DNA of 64,000 nucleotides from Amphiscolops sp. MND2022 (GCA_964187785.1 OZ076413.1:63736001-63800000); one strand, 5' to 3'. Shown: positions 11,498 to 25,729, counted from the stretch's first letter. Program-made: numbers and translations. The notes: generated by a model from the sequence alone, not told the origin.

Positions 11498-14331
11498 TAG
11501 GTAACCGTGGAATTGTACAAGACGTATCTGATAATTTTTCTATTTTAGCAAAAACCCTATCAACAAAAACATGGGGAAACAACAGAAAGAAAAAGTTTTT
11601 CCCGTATTCCGCGGGGAGTTCTTTTCTGAGTCGACGCCCTTTGGGACAGTGTCTCCCAATAGCAAACCGTGATACCATTTTTGCAGCCAAGCTGTCGGAC
11701 TCAAGTGGTGGTTTCAAAATGACTTGGTCGAGGTCACAAGTGTCTGACACCTCACCATTTGTCTTTTTATTTTGCTTTTCATTTGATTTTTGTCACTGAC
11801 CATACCGCTAGGCTACAGGAGAGGGACTTTCTTGAAGCAATGGCGCGTTGAGGGAGATTCAAAGCTGATACCGCCTTAGAGCAAGCCGCACGTTATTCTC
11901 ACCGCCAACCCCAAAAAAGCTTCAAATCAGTTTCTCCACTTTATACCGGGTTTTGTCAACTTGAAAACAAATTTTCTTCAACGGATCGCAAATTTAAACA
12001 CGAAAAAACCAGTTCAAAGTTTGAGTTAATGTGACTCGTCTAAATAGCTAGCAGTTTTGTTGATTAAAAAAACGTAAAATTGCTACCACCTTGAATGAGT
12101 GTATTTTGAAAGAACCTGCTCTTGCGAAATAACGGACATTAAAATTTATATTTCTCTACTCTTAATCCAAAAAATTACATCCTAGTCGGTTTGTTGAATT
12201 GAACAAGAAATGTATTCAAGATTTTGATACTCAAGCGGGTATGGAAATTTAATGACCAACGACATTATCCTCCCAACTTACAAAAAAGACTCATATCGAA
12301 AAAGTGTTAACAATTGTATCACCACTAAAAACTGAAATAATGAGGGAAATAAGGACTTAAAATAAAATAAGAGGACGAGCCTATTTCATCGTTATAACAC
12401 ACTAGATCAGGGAATAGTTTGAAACAAATTAGGTGCTTCCAGATACAAGCGTTTAGTTCAGAGCACAAAATACGTTAGAAATATTGAGCAATCTTCGTCA
12501 GACTGTTACTTATTATGGAAAACCAATTTTTTAACAGGAAAAAACAGTGCCCAATGGTTTGCTTCGGACCTTTTTATGTGCTTTTTAACAATAGAAGTTT
12601 GAGTCACTGTGAACTAAAAACTCAAAAACAAGGTTTGCAAATGAAGCTTTAGTAGGAAAATAAAAAAACGTGAATTTATTATCGTAATGGTTTTTTGTTG
12701 GGCTAATACTAAACAGTCATTTTTGAGAAATCAGAAGTGTCTATTGGATCGTTGCAGCATGCCATGTTTTTAGATCAAATAAACTTCACTGCGGCCTCGA
12801 AACGTAGAAAGTGGAACTGGACATAATGGATGAAAAAAAAACAAGAAACGCAGGTGGAAAAAGACAAAACAAAACGAATTTCACAAACAATGAGAATATT
12901 TTGTTTTTGTAGTTGATTTCCCAGTGGCGGAGTACACAGCTGTTTGAAAGTTTGGGCATATTTCACAAATTATCAATTGCTCCTGCCTACAATGCAAAAA
13001 AGACAGTTTCTTGCTTTACAGGCACCAACATGATCCTAACTGTCAATTTTCCCGAGTTCCCTAGAAGCGCTGCAAATTTCCCAAGCAGGATTGATCGTCC
13101 GTGAAAGTAATTCGGTAAACTAGCCATGAGGCACTTCTTGAACATGATCGCGATTTGATCGCAAAAATGACGTATACAATTTTGGTATACAATCTAGAGA
13201 TGGAAAATATTTAAGACGCCAGAACAGGAAACCAATGCCCTGCAAGATGCTAAAACCACTTTTCACCAGATCGAAAATTGATCTCCTTTGGGAAAACTTC
13301 CCTCATCGATAAGATCTTGATCTCGCATTCTTGATCTTCCTGAGTGTTGCGACTCAATTCTGAGGTCTCACAAAACGATCCAGCTGAAATGTATTAATCT
13401 AGACGTTTTTCCAAAATTGAGCAATCTTTCAGATTCATTACTATCTAAAATAACACAAACAAGCTCGGATTTTTGTTTTTTTTTCAGTATGCCAAAGTTT
13501 TTGTCGGTTGTAATCGGTGCAAAATGAGAGGTTTCCTGAGATATCTTGAAACTTTGCTTTTTTCCTGATAATTCTCAACAATTTCTGGTTTTCTGGGGCT
13601 TTTGATGTGTGTTCACTGGTTCTCATCGTATGACGTCATTAGTTTTTATCTTATATCTCTTACTGACGTCAAAATTTTATAAGCACCTGTCTAAAATGAT
13701 TCGATTGTGTTTAGTTTTTGAAATCATTTGATTTTTTGTTAGCGAACACAGTTAGCGGGAAAATTAATTCTAACTGAACGAAAATCTAACTTCAAAAAGG
13801 TAAATCTAAAAAAGTTTAATTTAGCAAAAAATCTAAAAAGTGTATGAACGCGAAAGGAATGGGTCAGCATAACTCCTAAAATTGATTCATTTTTCAATTT
13901 GTGACATTGTTTTGTGATTTTTCAATTTTCACATTTTCAATTTGTGACAGTCATTTGTGACATTGCGATTTACTCAGTAGAAAATTTGAAAATTCTGAAC
14001 CACAAAGAACGCTGATACCATTCATTAGTCTTTGTATGCAGGCAAGTTTCATCCGGTCAATTTTGAACTTTCTTGAATGAAAATGAGTTTTTACCACCTC
14101 AATTTGATTTTACGCGTGTACTTTAGGTCGATTTATTTTGTCTAATTCTCGTGTATTCAAATATTAGATAATTGTTTGAATTACAATACGTGTTTCCAAA
14201 AAGAAATGTAACGTCAGCCAATATGATGACCAATCGAAATGAAGTTTCGAATTTAAAAACTTGATTTACACCTGTCACGAAGAGATGAGTTACTTTGCTT
14301 ACCCTTGCAGCTTGGCAGGCACCTCAAGACA

Positions 14332-14827
14332 AACAAGACGGGAACGTCTAAAGTCGGCGCTATATCTAAGGCTCAAAAAGCGCAAAAGACTTTTTGAAAA
14401 AAAAACACTTGAAATTTTTGAATTTTTTTCTTTCAGAAAATGTCGCATAGTGCCGAAAAATGTAAAAGGGGGGACCCTTTGGGCTTTATTAACATATATT
14501 CTGTTGCAAAATATCAAGAAACTCGAAAAGGAGACTCTTTTGAGACATTAAAAAATTTTCGAAAAAAGTCGCACAATGCCGAAAAAAAATCAAAAGGGGG
14601 ACCCTTTAGTCTCGTCCGGTTTTGTAGGTTACGTTAAAATAGTAAAAAATGAAAGGGGGACCTTTTTGCACTAATTTCCGCTGACCGGACTTGGCCTAAT
14701 GGTAGTAGTTTTAGTAGTTTCGATTGTAAGAAAAGTGGCCCAATCAGAGTGAGATAGTAGTCTGACGAAAAAAAAAACTAGCCACTGTAAGAGTCGGGCA
14801 CTTTTCCCTAGAAAAGCGCCGACTAAA
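14332..14827 (-). mobile_element. Non-autonomous Helentron/DINE-1-like element (family A), copy
   Basis: Subterminal inverted repeats AGTCGGCGCT / AGCGCCGACT; internal GGGGGACCCTTT blocks; the minus-strand 3' end ends in CTTGTT as in DINE-1. Confidence 0.55.
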
Positions 14828-15899
14828 AACAAGAATGCACAACATTGACAACCCACATTACCCACGAGTTCACTGATAAAAGCCGATAACTCGATAACAT
14901 CCGATATTATGGAAAATCTACAGGATTTCTTGTCGACGTTTCCGTAAGTTGCTATTTGCAGATTATTTTGCAAATCAGGGTCTCACTGAAACCTTGATTT
15001 GATGTGTTTTTCTGAAGAAATAGCAACGAAGGCGACAGAAGACTGATTTGCTGCTATTTTTAAGCGTTTTTGAAACGTCTAGTTTCTCAGATCTGTCTTT
15101 ATTGAATAAACGTCTGATTTGATGATGATGATGAAATTCGGCCATTTGATGTTTTTAGGCCGATTACCATTTCAAACCTCGGAATCATGTGTGAGCACTC
15201 CGGATGATAAGGAACAGTTTTTATGTGCTTGATGGACGTGTCCAAATTTGGAGTGTGATGGCATGTCGCCCCGGAACTCTTAACACTAACTGGACCAGAA
15301 AATTTCCGGATTCATTCAAAAATATGCTGCTTAAACTTTAAACCGAAACATCTCTCAAATTATCATACTTTGACTGGTTTCCGCTTCACACACGAAAACG
15401 GAAGTTGATTGTTTTACACTTTAACCTGGTACACATTTTGACTGGAATTGACTGGAATGCACGATGAACACGATGCACAGTTTGACTAGAATATGGTTCG
15501 CTCTCGTTTTACGGAAAATACGCTTTACACTTGATGATAAATTCCACTTTTGCAGCATATGTATCGAAAAGTTGCATGTTTTTAAACATGCTAGGTGCAC
15601 CTTGACCCAATCTTGATACCAGTGGGATAAAGTGTAACGATCACCCAGCATCCACGTCTGAAATTTCTTTCAAGGGACTAGATTTTAACAATTTTGGTCA
15701 TATGCCGCTGATCGCTTCCGTGTCTTTAAAAAAGACCTGCCAGTTGAATTAAAGAGGCCTAGAGCGACACAGTGCGAAGAGCAGACCCACCGAACGAAGA
15801 CGGAAAAAGACTCAAATTAGACTCAAATCTGCTTATTACACCAACACGGACTTTTGTTTCGACCAGCGCTTTCTTTAGCAAGTTGCTACTAATGGTTGC

Positions 15900-17760
15900 A
15901 ATAGCTTAAATTGAGTCAGTTCGCTGAAACAAGCATCCGTGCTTGTGCTCCCCGTGTAACGTCAGGCAGCTGAAACAAAAGTTCGTTGAAATTCAAAAAG
16001 TGTGCGGTATCAAATAAATCAATTCAAAATGGCCGTCATGGCAGGTACGGAAAAACAAAAAAGAAGCAGAAAAAACACATATGACACCCCCACCCCATCC
16101 CAATGTGCAAAAGATAAGCCGAAAAGAGCATCAGCAGAAGGAGAAGGCAGAGTATTCCAGTGGTGTGCCATTTCAACCCGAAAATGAGTGTGATGACTCT
16201 AAAAAGACGTACAACCCATCAATGGACTTTATCAACAAACTCCGAAACCCTCATGAAAGACCCAGAAAAACCTTAGTTGATTTTTGTTTGATAATATCAA
16301 TGAAGTTTCACAGGTACTTGATAATGATTGATCTATTAGGTCTCTATTGATCTATTAGCATTTTGGCTGGACCTCTGTTTTTAGACCTCAGGAGTATGTA
16401 GGAAGAGTAAGTCGCAAGAACGTTAGGAACTTTTTAGGTTCGTTTTTTTCAGGCTTGTGGGACGTGTCCGGACTTGAGTGCGCCGGCACGTTGCGTTGTC
16501 ACGGAGCTCTAACTGAGGAGCCTCCTTTGACGTTTGAAAAAGTCCTTTTTAGAAAACTATTTCGCGATTGAGAACTAATGTCTAGGGCTGTAGTAAGACA
16601 ACGGTCTCCTGTTTAAGCACCCTAGGCATTATCCCACTTCTATGATGTACGGTGCTAGGTGGACGTTAGAGTAGTCTTTATGGCGCCCCACAAGGGACCC
16701 TGTTTTCATTTTTGCGTCGTACTAGGAGGTTTTCCTGCTTTCCGGCCCCGGAGATCCAAATCTAGGAAAACTTTTGGGAGAGTCCTAGATTATTTTTATT
16801 GCCTTTGTCAAGCCTGGTAGGCCTTCTTTACCCAGAATTCCTGCTTTCCCTGAACGTTTCTATGGTATGAAATGAAAAAAAACCGGTGTACCCCTTTTGC
16901 CTTTATTAGACCTGTTGAAAAAGTTAATCCGGCCTATCCGGAACTGGTTTTAAAGGGTTCTGTAGCTTTATTTCAGTAGGTTGCCAATGTATCAGGACCG
17001 CGAGGACGCAGTGTGAAGGTTTCCACCAGCTGCGATGACGGGATGACGTCCTTCACCACCAAGGCTCCTTCCTCCGATTGGTTGCCTCCTACCCCACGTC
17101 AACCGGGTTACATCGCCATGTTGCATATTTAGTGGCTCAAAAAGCATATTCCCAGGCTTATTCTCACGTAAACTAACTGAGAAAAATACCCTGCGGGTAT
17201 TCGGACCGGTTTTTAAGAAAAATTGAGCGCGAAAACCTTGAAAATAATACCCTATATGGCTCAAATTTCGATTTTATCGTTTCAAGAAGTCAAAGTTTTG
17301 TAGAAGAGGGCGCGGCCAGTGGGAATACAATGAAAACGTTCCACTAAACCTTCCAGGTCAGGAACAGTAAAAATTGTTTGGCTAACTTGTGATAACATTG
17401 AAATTTAACTTTGCCACAACCGTCATTTTTAAAGTATTAGTAGTAGCAGTAGTTTCGAGAAAAAATTCACGCTACCTATAGCAATTAAAGACTGGATCAG
17501 GTCGGCGAGCACTCCACACGAGGCGGAATCCACCTCTGACGGGACAGTTTTTACCCGAAGAAGGCAAAATGGGCTCATAGATATGGGCGTCTGTCCCGGG
17601 CACATACCCATGTCATGGGCACCTCCATCTCTATAATTGAGCTGCGGCAATGGTGAAAGCTTGCCGTTACAAAGTGGTCACAAACGAAAACTGAAAAGAC
17701 AGAATATCTACCTTCATTTTTTGATTTTTTGGTCCCGTCGGAGACAACATTACGTTTCAA
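15900..17760 (+). repeat. Long degenerate interspersed repeat family C, copy 1
   Basis: Collinear blocks are shared with ~35840-37620 (TAGGTCTCTATT...TTTAGACCTC...CAGGCTTGTGG...CGGAGCTCTAAC...TGTAGTAAGACAACGGTCTC...; CTGACGGGAC...TACCCATGTCATG). Confidence 0.6.
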
Positions 17761-20555
17761 TATTACCTGAAAAGGCATGCAATGCTGTGTAACATCGTAT
17801 GAAAATCTTATTCAAGAGTTTTCTTTACCATACAGTCAGCTTGTTCGTTTAGAAGTTTGCAGAAACTAACTGGTACGAATTCGTACCAATGGTCCAATTA
17901 GGGTTAAATGAAGAGCCCCTCGAAGTATGTAGGGGTCTTGAGGAGCCCTCTTAAAGCTTTCCCCTAAAATGAAAAAATAGTTGCTACTGAGTGGGCAATT
18001 GGACCTATTAATCAATCGAAAAAACTATCAGCGCTGCGGCAAAATTAACCCGTGAACAGGCTACAGAAGAATCTAACTTCTGTTGAATTTGCTCGTTTTT
18101 TGGACTCAAAAACATGAAACCTGATTAATAGTCCCGGTGCTAACAGCTAATAGCCCCAAAGTTAAAATTAGTAGCAAAATGCCACGTAGCACATGTCGTA
18201 GTAGCAAACGTCCTGTTACCATAAGAAACTAATCACAACATCTGTGTGTCTGTTTTCTCTTGAAAAGTTATCAACCATAGTTTGGTTGTTTGGCATGCAT
18301 GGTTTGGTACACGCTAGCAAAAAACATTGGCTACTCACGCTGAAAAAAATTGGCAAAAATTTGAGGATCTAGGTTCGAGGCTTCTAGCAGACTTGAATTA
18401 TTTTTCAAGTGCGTAGTCCACGCCAAATTAAAAACGGAGAAAAGTTAAAAGCCCGGACAGTATTTTGCAGACGATAATTCCAATCAAGATAGCGGAGTCA
18501 TTATTGAAATTCAAGGCAGAAAAAAGCAGAACTTACTCTATCAAAGTGAAGTAAAATGTGTTTGACGTACTTTGAAAAGAGTTGAGAGAGGATGAAAAGA
18601 AAAATAGGGAAAGTTCTGAGGACTGTCGAATATGAAAAGTTGTTTCAAAGCCGACGTGATGACACTTCAATCGGCGACATTGAAGTCTCCGTTATATTCC
18701 CAAGAAGGTCTCGATCAAGAGGTCTGGTAAGCTTCGACTAACTTGTGCTTCTTGAATAATTAGAGAAGGGCCATAGGCGCGAATACTGGACGTGCAAAGG
18801 GCAATCAATCACACGCCAACAGGAGCGATACTTTGAAAGTGGCTGTAAGCCCGATAAGTGTTCAGCTGTGAACAGAACTGAGCAAATCCGAGGGGATAAA
18901 ATGAAGGATAAGTTTAATCACGTGTCTTTCTCCCTCTAGAAGTATCCTCCGTTCCTGTCAAGCACCCGTGGCTTGTAACAAAAGAAACGCAACCACCTGA
19001 ACAGACTGTTACGTGTTTCCCCATCAACATCATCATATACAATCATAAGGCCGACCCTGAAAATTATACAGCTTGTTAAGTTCGAGCGAAAGCGGTATTG
19101 TAGAATTCCTCTCAAATTCGACAATCTCAATATCATGCCGACTATAAAGGGTAAATTGTAATGCAATTCAACAAACAAAAAAAAAACAAAAAACCTAATT
19201 TGTGGAAAAACCCAATGGGGAAGAATGTTTTACAAGCAGCTATAAGCAGTTGGCTAAACATTGTGGTTGAAACTACACTATTTTACTGTCAATCGGAATT
19301 ATACATAAGGCAGATCATTTTCATTCACATTTTTATTTTGTATATCAGAGAAAAAAGCCATAGACGTGGTCGTAATAAAGGAAAGAGTAAAATTGTATAT
19401 ACCACCAAAAATGATCTCTGGCGTTGAAAACTAAAGCTGTGTCTAGTAGAGTATTGTGTTGCCAAGAATAGTCGCAATCTCTCCGTTTTGGAATCTATTT
19501 CGTTGGGAAAGAATCCAAGACGATACTATTAGGCCCTGAAGGCTTCTCAAAAAATCAGGACGACTCTTATTTTTTAAATTGAGTTAACTTGATTGCAAAA
19601 TTCGCTGCGAATTTGAGACCGCTAAACTAATTAGCAACGAAAATCCAAAATTGATTGTCTAATTTTAATTCTGAATTTCGTCAGAAACTTGTTTTTCTTT
19701 CAATCGCTTGCAGGAACTTCAGACGAAAAGCAAATTGCAGAGAAAATCGAAACTTTAACTTCAAAATTTGGAAGAAAACTCGATTTGAAGCGCTCTTGTT
19801 AATAGCGCATTGAACTTTTACATGCTGTGTTGAAATTTGTGGGTCATTTTTGTAATCAAACTTGCAAAATTCATGCACATATAAATCAGGCAACGACAGT
19901 AAAAATAGCGTTGTAATTTTTGATGAATCATGTAAATTTCAGGCACAATTTAATCAAATATTTTGTAAAATTAGACTGTTTTTATTCAAAATACAATGGG
20001 AAGCCTCCATTGTTCCTTATATTCCGGCTACTTGAAAGCTCCAATCAAAATGATACAACGTCTGATCGTCTGATGTAAGCAAAGGTACTTCGTACCATTT
20101 TGACTGCTTTCAATCAGGCTAATTAGTGTTCAAATATGGTCAGTAGCAAGCACTGATTCACCCCGCTTTTCACCCCCTAGGCTGCTAATTTGAGCAAGCA
20201 GACCCCTTGGTGCCCGGCCATCTTTGTTCATCCGTCAGATGTTGTTAATAATATCCTGTTAGGAGTCATTCGGAGAGAAAGTGATCCGACTCAAATGATG
20301 TCTGGAAGCGGCTATACAATATTATACCTAACTCTAATGCTGCTTTTTTTAATTGAAAAAAAAAGAATGAAATGGAAGCATAATTATAGACAATGCACAG
20401 TAACATGAATTCATCCTGCACATGATGTCTATTTAGAATGAAGCAGTCTTTTCAAGTGCCCCGAGAAAAATGGTTGAGAAAAAGTTGGAGTCAAAAATGA
20501 GGTATTTTTTAGTGTTTGAAAAATCTGCTTGACATGTTACGTGATGCAAGAAATA

Positions 20556-21833
20556 CAGTAGTGTGATAAGAAAAGTGAACTCCGTATACAATTTAACGAC
20601 AGTATTATTTCAATTATCTCGCAAATAATGAAAGATACAGAAAATTGCCAGATATAAAAGCGTTTTGACATTAAACACTGAGTCTATTAATATTTGGTAC
20701 AAAATCCCTTCTTCTTTATTGCGAGTTGTAGACGTCTGGGAACACTACGGTAGAGTTTTTGAATGTAAACAGTCGGTATTTTTGAAAATTCCTGAAACGA
20801 AAACCGAATAAGCTCCTCTAAACACTTCGGATTTCTTTTAGAAACCCTTCTTTTCAAATAGCTCCAAACATTTTCGGTTATATTCAGATCTGGCGACTGT
20901 GGAGGCCAATTTTCAAGAATACTGAAACCATTTTCGTTGAGAAAAGTCAAAGTACTTACAGAAACATGGCATGGCGCGTTGTCTTGCTGGAAAATTTCTC
21001 CCAAAAACATATTCTCCATTAAATTTTCTCTCAAAATTGTTTGGTACTTACCTGAATCTAGCTTATTTTCGACTACAATGAGGTCTCTTTCCCCTGAAAA
21101 CTTTATGAAACCCCAAAACATAACTTTTTTACCACCAAATTTTTTGAAGGTAGAAATGTATTTTCGATTGAACCCTTCTCCAGGAGGTCTTCTGACGTAC
21201 TCTCGTTGTGTTGGGTTGAGTTCCATAATTGTCTCGTCCGAAAAAACGACATTTTCCCAAAATCCGTCACCTAAACCAACCATTTGCCGACACCAATTTT
21301 TTCGCTTTTGGACGTTCAAACTAGTAATGAAAGGTTTTTTGATACTTATCCTGGCCCGTAATCCATGTCGAATCAAAATTTTTCGAACTAAACTCGAAGA
21401 AATTTTCAAGAAAGGTGATACTTCTCTGGCAATTTGTGTAGAGTTAAGAAATGGGTTTCCTCTGGAAGTTTTGATGATTGTTCGTTCCGTTAATTTGTCC
21501 GATTTCCTCACTCTTCCGGGTTTTTTGGCGTTCTCCACCGTCCCATTGCGCTTCCACTTTTCAATAATTTTCCAAATTGTCGATTTGTTAATTTTAAGCC
21601 GTTTTTGAATGAAGAAAATGGTTTTATTCAGCAGATAATACTGAATAATTTTGCAGCGATTTTGCAGGCTGATGACTGGCATTTTGCAACTGAGATTTAT
21701 ATCAATAGAAAGCGCTTTAAAAGTTGAGTTTACTGTCAAATTTTTGTTTGCCTACCTCAAATACATGCGAAGTTATGTGTATTTAAAGAATGAATCATCT
21801 TAACAGGAGTTCACTTTTCTTATCACACTACTG
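20556..21833 (-). mobile_element. Complete Tc1-like DNA transposon (IS630-Tc1-mariner), 1,278 bp
   Basis: Perfect 28-bp TIRs CAGTAGTGTGATAAGAAAAGTGAACTCC (20556-20583) and its reverse complement (21806-21833). TA target duplication at 20554-20555 and 21834-21835. One uninterrupted transposase ORF. Confidence 0.97.
20687..21682 (-). CDS. Tc1-family transposase, 331 aa from ATG at 21682, DD35E
   Basis: N-terminal paired-type HTH region with GRxR linker (KPGRVRKS). Catalytic motifs VFSDET, FQQDNAPCH and WPPQSPDLNITENVW; 35 residues lie between the second D and the E. Confidence 0.95.
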   Translation of the reverse strand: MPVISLQNRCKIIQYYLLNKTIFFIQKRLKINKSTIWKIIEKWKRNGTVENAKKPGRVRKSDKLTERTIIKTSRGNPFLNSTQIAREVSPFLKISSSLVRKILIRHGLRARISIKKPFITSLNVQKRKNWCRQMVGLGDGFWENVVFSDETIMELNPTQREYVRRPPGEGFNRKYISTFKKFGGKKVMFWGFIKFSGERDLIVVENKLDSGKYQTILRENLMENMFLGEIFQQDNAPCHVSVSTLTFLNENGFSILENWPPQSPDLNITENVWSYLKRRVSKRNPKCLEELIRFSFQEFSKIPTVYIQKLYRSVPRRLQLAIKKKGFCTKY

Positions 21834-22293
21834 TAGCTATTAAATTATGAATACAAAGTAATTATAATTTATTTCCAGCTCAAGATTATATTGTTTAAGT
21901 GAAGTCACCAATAACTCTAAAAAATCTAGCAATGCTCAAAAGCAACCTAGCAATTTTCAGCTTCTGAAACATTTAAAATAAGCCCACATTCTTTTGCGCA
22001 GTTTATATATATTTCACATTTTGTTGGTACCTTGTTTGGTCCGAAGGGTTAGAAAAAATGATTTAGATTTCAATGTTTTTTGACACTACTTTCATGACTA
22101 AACATTGATATCACGCCTATTCCTAGTAAAATTTTAACCCATGCAGTGTGGAGGCCTTTGCCTGTCCCTCATTGATCATCGAATCAGTTGAAAACTAGTT
22201 ATGAAGCTAGGAATTGCTATAAAATCTGAAAAGCTTGAGCTCTTTTTCTTCGCATGCTCCTTGAACTTCATGGCAAGGATATTCCATTATAAA

Positions 22294-23177
22294 AACAAGC
22301 CGGGACGGCCCAAGTCGGCGCCATAACAAAGACACAAAAATAGCAGAAGGACTTCAAAGTGTCAAAGTATTCTCTTCTACAGCACCCGAAAAACGCAAAA
22401 GTTGGACCGAAATGCGTGCCAGGGGAGACGCTTTGAGATTTTTTATCAATTCTGTCGCAAAACTCCAAAAAAAAATTGAAGGGAGGACCCTTTGGGATTT
22501 TTTTTTCAAAAAAAGTTCCAAAATGTCAAAAAAAACTGAAAGGGGGACCCTTTAGTCTCGCCCGGTATTGTATGTTACGCTGAAAAAAAAGAAAAAACTT
22601 TTTGGTTCGGTTCCCTGGGGCAACAGGTACAATTTAAAATTTTGTAGAACTTTTGGTAGAACCATTTTCGTCACTCCAGGTGTATCGCAAAAAAACACTG
22701 ACGAAAAGCCATGACTATAGTCGACTCTTTTTCTAAAGAAAGCGCCGACTAAAAAACGGAATTTATTTTTTTTTCACCGACACTAAAACTCAGGACGTGG
22801 TTTTTAGTCGGCGTTTTTTCGTAGAAAAACGTAGACTATAGTTGTGATTTTTTTTCTTTTTTTTAAGACCAACGAATTGACAGATTTTATAAGCTTTATA
22901 AGCTGACTTGCACTAACACTAAACTGTGCCACACTCCCCTTCATTTTCTTTCTATTTTGCAACAGAATGGACGTTGAAAAACTCCCAAAGGGCCCTCTTT
23001 CAAAATTTTCGGCACTATGCGACTTACCGGAGACTTGAAAAATTCAAAAAATATTCGTAATTTTTTTTCAATTTTTCCTCACGCGGGTACTGTAGAAGAG
23101 AATACTTGACACTTTGAAGTCCTTTTGCTTTTTTGAGCCTTAGATATGTCGCCAAATTGGGCCGATCCCGGCTTGTT
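22294..23177. mobile_element. Two family-A (Helentron/DINE-like) copies in inverted orientation (22294-22756 and 22801-23177)
   Basis: AACAAGCCGGGACGGCCCAAGTCGGCG at the left and its near-complement TCCCGGCTTGTT at the right. The GCGCCGACTAAAA ends face each other across ~45 bp. Confidence 0.65.
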
Positions 23178-24179
23178 GACTCCAACTTTCTCTCAACCAT
23201 TTTTCCCGGCTTGTTCTAGTTGGCGCATCATTGAAATAAATGAGCGCGACTGTTTTAGTAGCTTTCCGTCGGTTTTTAAATTGTTTTCAATCCACACGAA
23301 CTGTTCCAAAATAATTTTACCAAATGTTAAGAACTTGAAATTTGGCCCAGCATTCTATATCCGAATTTTTGACGTTATATCCGAAGTAAATCGCGTTTCC
23401 GGTACTGTGAAATTGAGATTTTTGTAGGAGCAAGTCCTCGGCGCTTTAAAGTCATTTTGGTTTTCTTGAGCTTTACGCGGGTGCCGACTTATGCTGTTCC
23501 CTGCTTGTTAATAGAAGACATTGATATACTTGCTTTTATATTTACTATTCAATGGATATCACTCGGTGTTTGAAAGAACAAAATTGCATTGGAAGTTTGG
23601 ACTTCAGATTGTCATACAGTCATGCACTGGTCATGAAAAAATGGTTGGTTTCGCTGTTGTGGCATTCTTAGAAATCAAACTTTTTCCAACTTCCAATGCA
23701 TAACTGGATTTTTAGCTTATCAACAGAAGACAGTGATTTAGTAATTTACAATTTCATTAAATCAACAATTTATTTTAAACAAGACGCCCGCTAAGCACCG
23801 GGATAGTTTCCACCTTCTTCGCCTTCACCAACTGAGCCATAGCTATTTTGGGAGGGGGATAGGGTTTAAAGAATAAGATCTGAAATTTAGGGTCTTATTC
23901 CCTTCAGATATTATTCCCGTCCTGAAATGTTAGATCTTATTCCCATTTTCAGTTTAGATATTCCTCCCTCTAAGCTCTTTAGTTACTTGAGTTTTTTTGG
24001 TTACTAGTAACTAAAATAGTCAAGTAGCTATATAAAATAGTCAAGTAGTTAAGTCGAATGAAGACCTCGGAGGAGATTTGGCTGAATTTGGAAAAAAACG
24101 CAGCACAGATCATGATTCCCCCCAATTATGTGGGCGGAAAATAACAAGCCATGTGATTTCTGGATGTTATTTCTGAAAA

Positions 24180-24600
24180 CATGGATCGGCGTAAGTCGGC
24201 TCCATATCTAAGGCTCAAAAGTAGCAAAAGGATGTCAAATTGTAAAGTATTCTTTTGCAGTACCTGAAAGTGTCAAGTATTCTTTTACAATACGAATTAC
24301 AGTTGGGGGCCGAATTGGTGCGTTAATAGGGGGACCCTTTCGGATTTTTTAACATCCATTGCTGTCAAATATCCAAAAATTGGGACCCTTTCGGTTAAAA
24401 AATTCTCACAATGCCGAAAAAACTGAAAGCCGGATCCTTTGCGGTTTTTCAACATCTCTGCTGTCGCAAAACATTCAATTTGGGACCATAAATTTTCGTA
24501 GAACTTTTAAGAACTATTTTGGTCATTTCGTGTGGATTGAATAAAAAATTTTTTAAAATAAAAAAAGTCACTATAATACTCGCGTTTCACTTCATGAGAC
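24180..24600 (-). mobile_element. Family-A element, degenerate copy
   Basis: AAGTCGGCTCCATATCTAAGGCTCAAAA and GGGGGACCCTTT blocks. Confidence 0.5.
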
Positions 24601-25729
24601 TTCTTTTCAGAGACTTCTTTTAGAGACTATTCGAAACAGTATGCATATATTCAGAAAAATTGCTGTATACATTAACGTATACAATTGTTGTTCAGCACTT
24701 GGAAACTTTTCAGATATGGGCTTTGTGAAATGCATAAATTATCGACAGTCTGCTAAAAGTTTATACAATAGTACTTCACCGTGAAATTTAATTGATTTAT
24801 CATTGATGAATAATGACTTATAATGAATGAATCATGCAATGACATCAATCTTGATTATCGATGACTCGAGACATGATTCAAAAAGCCATGATCATAGTTT
24901 ATACTGCATTAACAAGCCATGGCAGACAGCTTGGGGGAATAACGTATTAATCGTTAAATATCAACACCTATGGGTAACGAATTAGGAAATGCTTGGTAAG
25001 AATTAGGAAATTACTATTTTTGCCATTTCTTTTTGAAGTAGTCGAAACCTTTTCACAAGAGTGCAAGCCATGGGAATAGAGTTGGTAAACAGGTTCAGAA
25101 TGTAAATACACCGTGGAGGGTTCTTTCAATATCCTGTACTCCTGTTGCTGTGTGCCCGCATTTGTTCTCTTCGTCAGATCTTTTTATTACCGGTTGCTGA
25201 ACTAAGTACTTGCATGCACGTATAAAGGCAACAATTTTTGTTATTTAAAGAAACTTATTTTTTTTCCTGAATTCAAGGGGAAAATCGAAATTTGTTACTC
25301 AGTTCACTTTTCTAATGGAAATCAAATATCCAATGATATTCAGTCAGAACCCATTGGACAGCAGATTTTTCATAGGCTGAAATACCACATTTTCTGTTCC
25401 GTGTTTTTGATGCTTCTTAGCTTTGAATCCTCACTTTTTAAATCTATGATAGATACACGTTTGCATCTTTCAGTAAAAGTATGAAAAGAATCTGGATTGC
25501 TTTTGTTCGAAAAAGGCTCAGAACAATTCGGCTTCATGCTTGTTATTTTCCGCCCATATTTCATATGGGAAAGGAAAATATTTAAATCAAACGGGTTTTT
25601 TTTACAAAATTTGCCAAGAATTATTGTTTACGTAATATGAAGAAGTACATTCACAGAATTCAACTGACATAAATTTAGTTCCATGCGATATGTATTTGTA
25701 AAGATTTTTGGACTTTTTTGGGAATGACG

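Noticed and set aside
11473-11799. Short ORFs of 60-130 aa across repeat regions (e.g. 11473-11799, 14261-14973, 33987-34331)
   Set aside because: They lie within non-coding repeats, are Lys/Phe-biased products of A/T runs, and show no domains.
20937-21608. 223-aa plus-strand ORF
   Set aside because: It is the antisense shadow of the Tc1 transposase and has no independent motifs.
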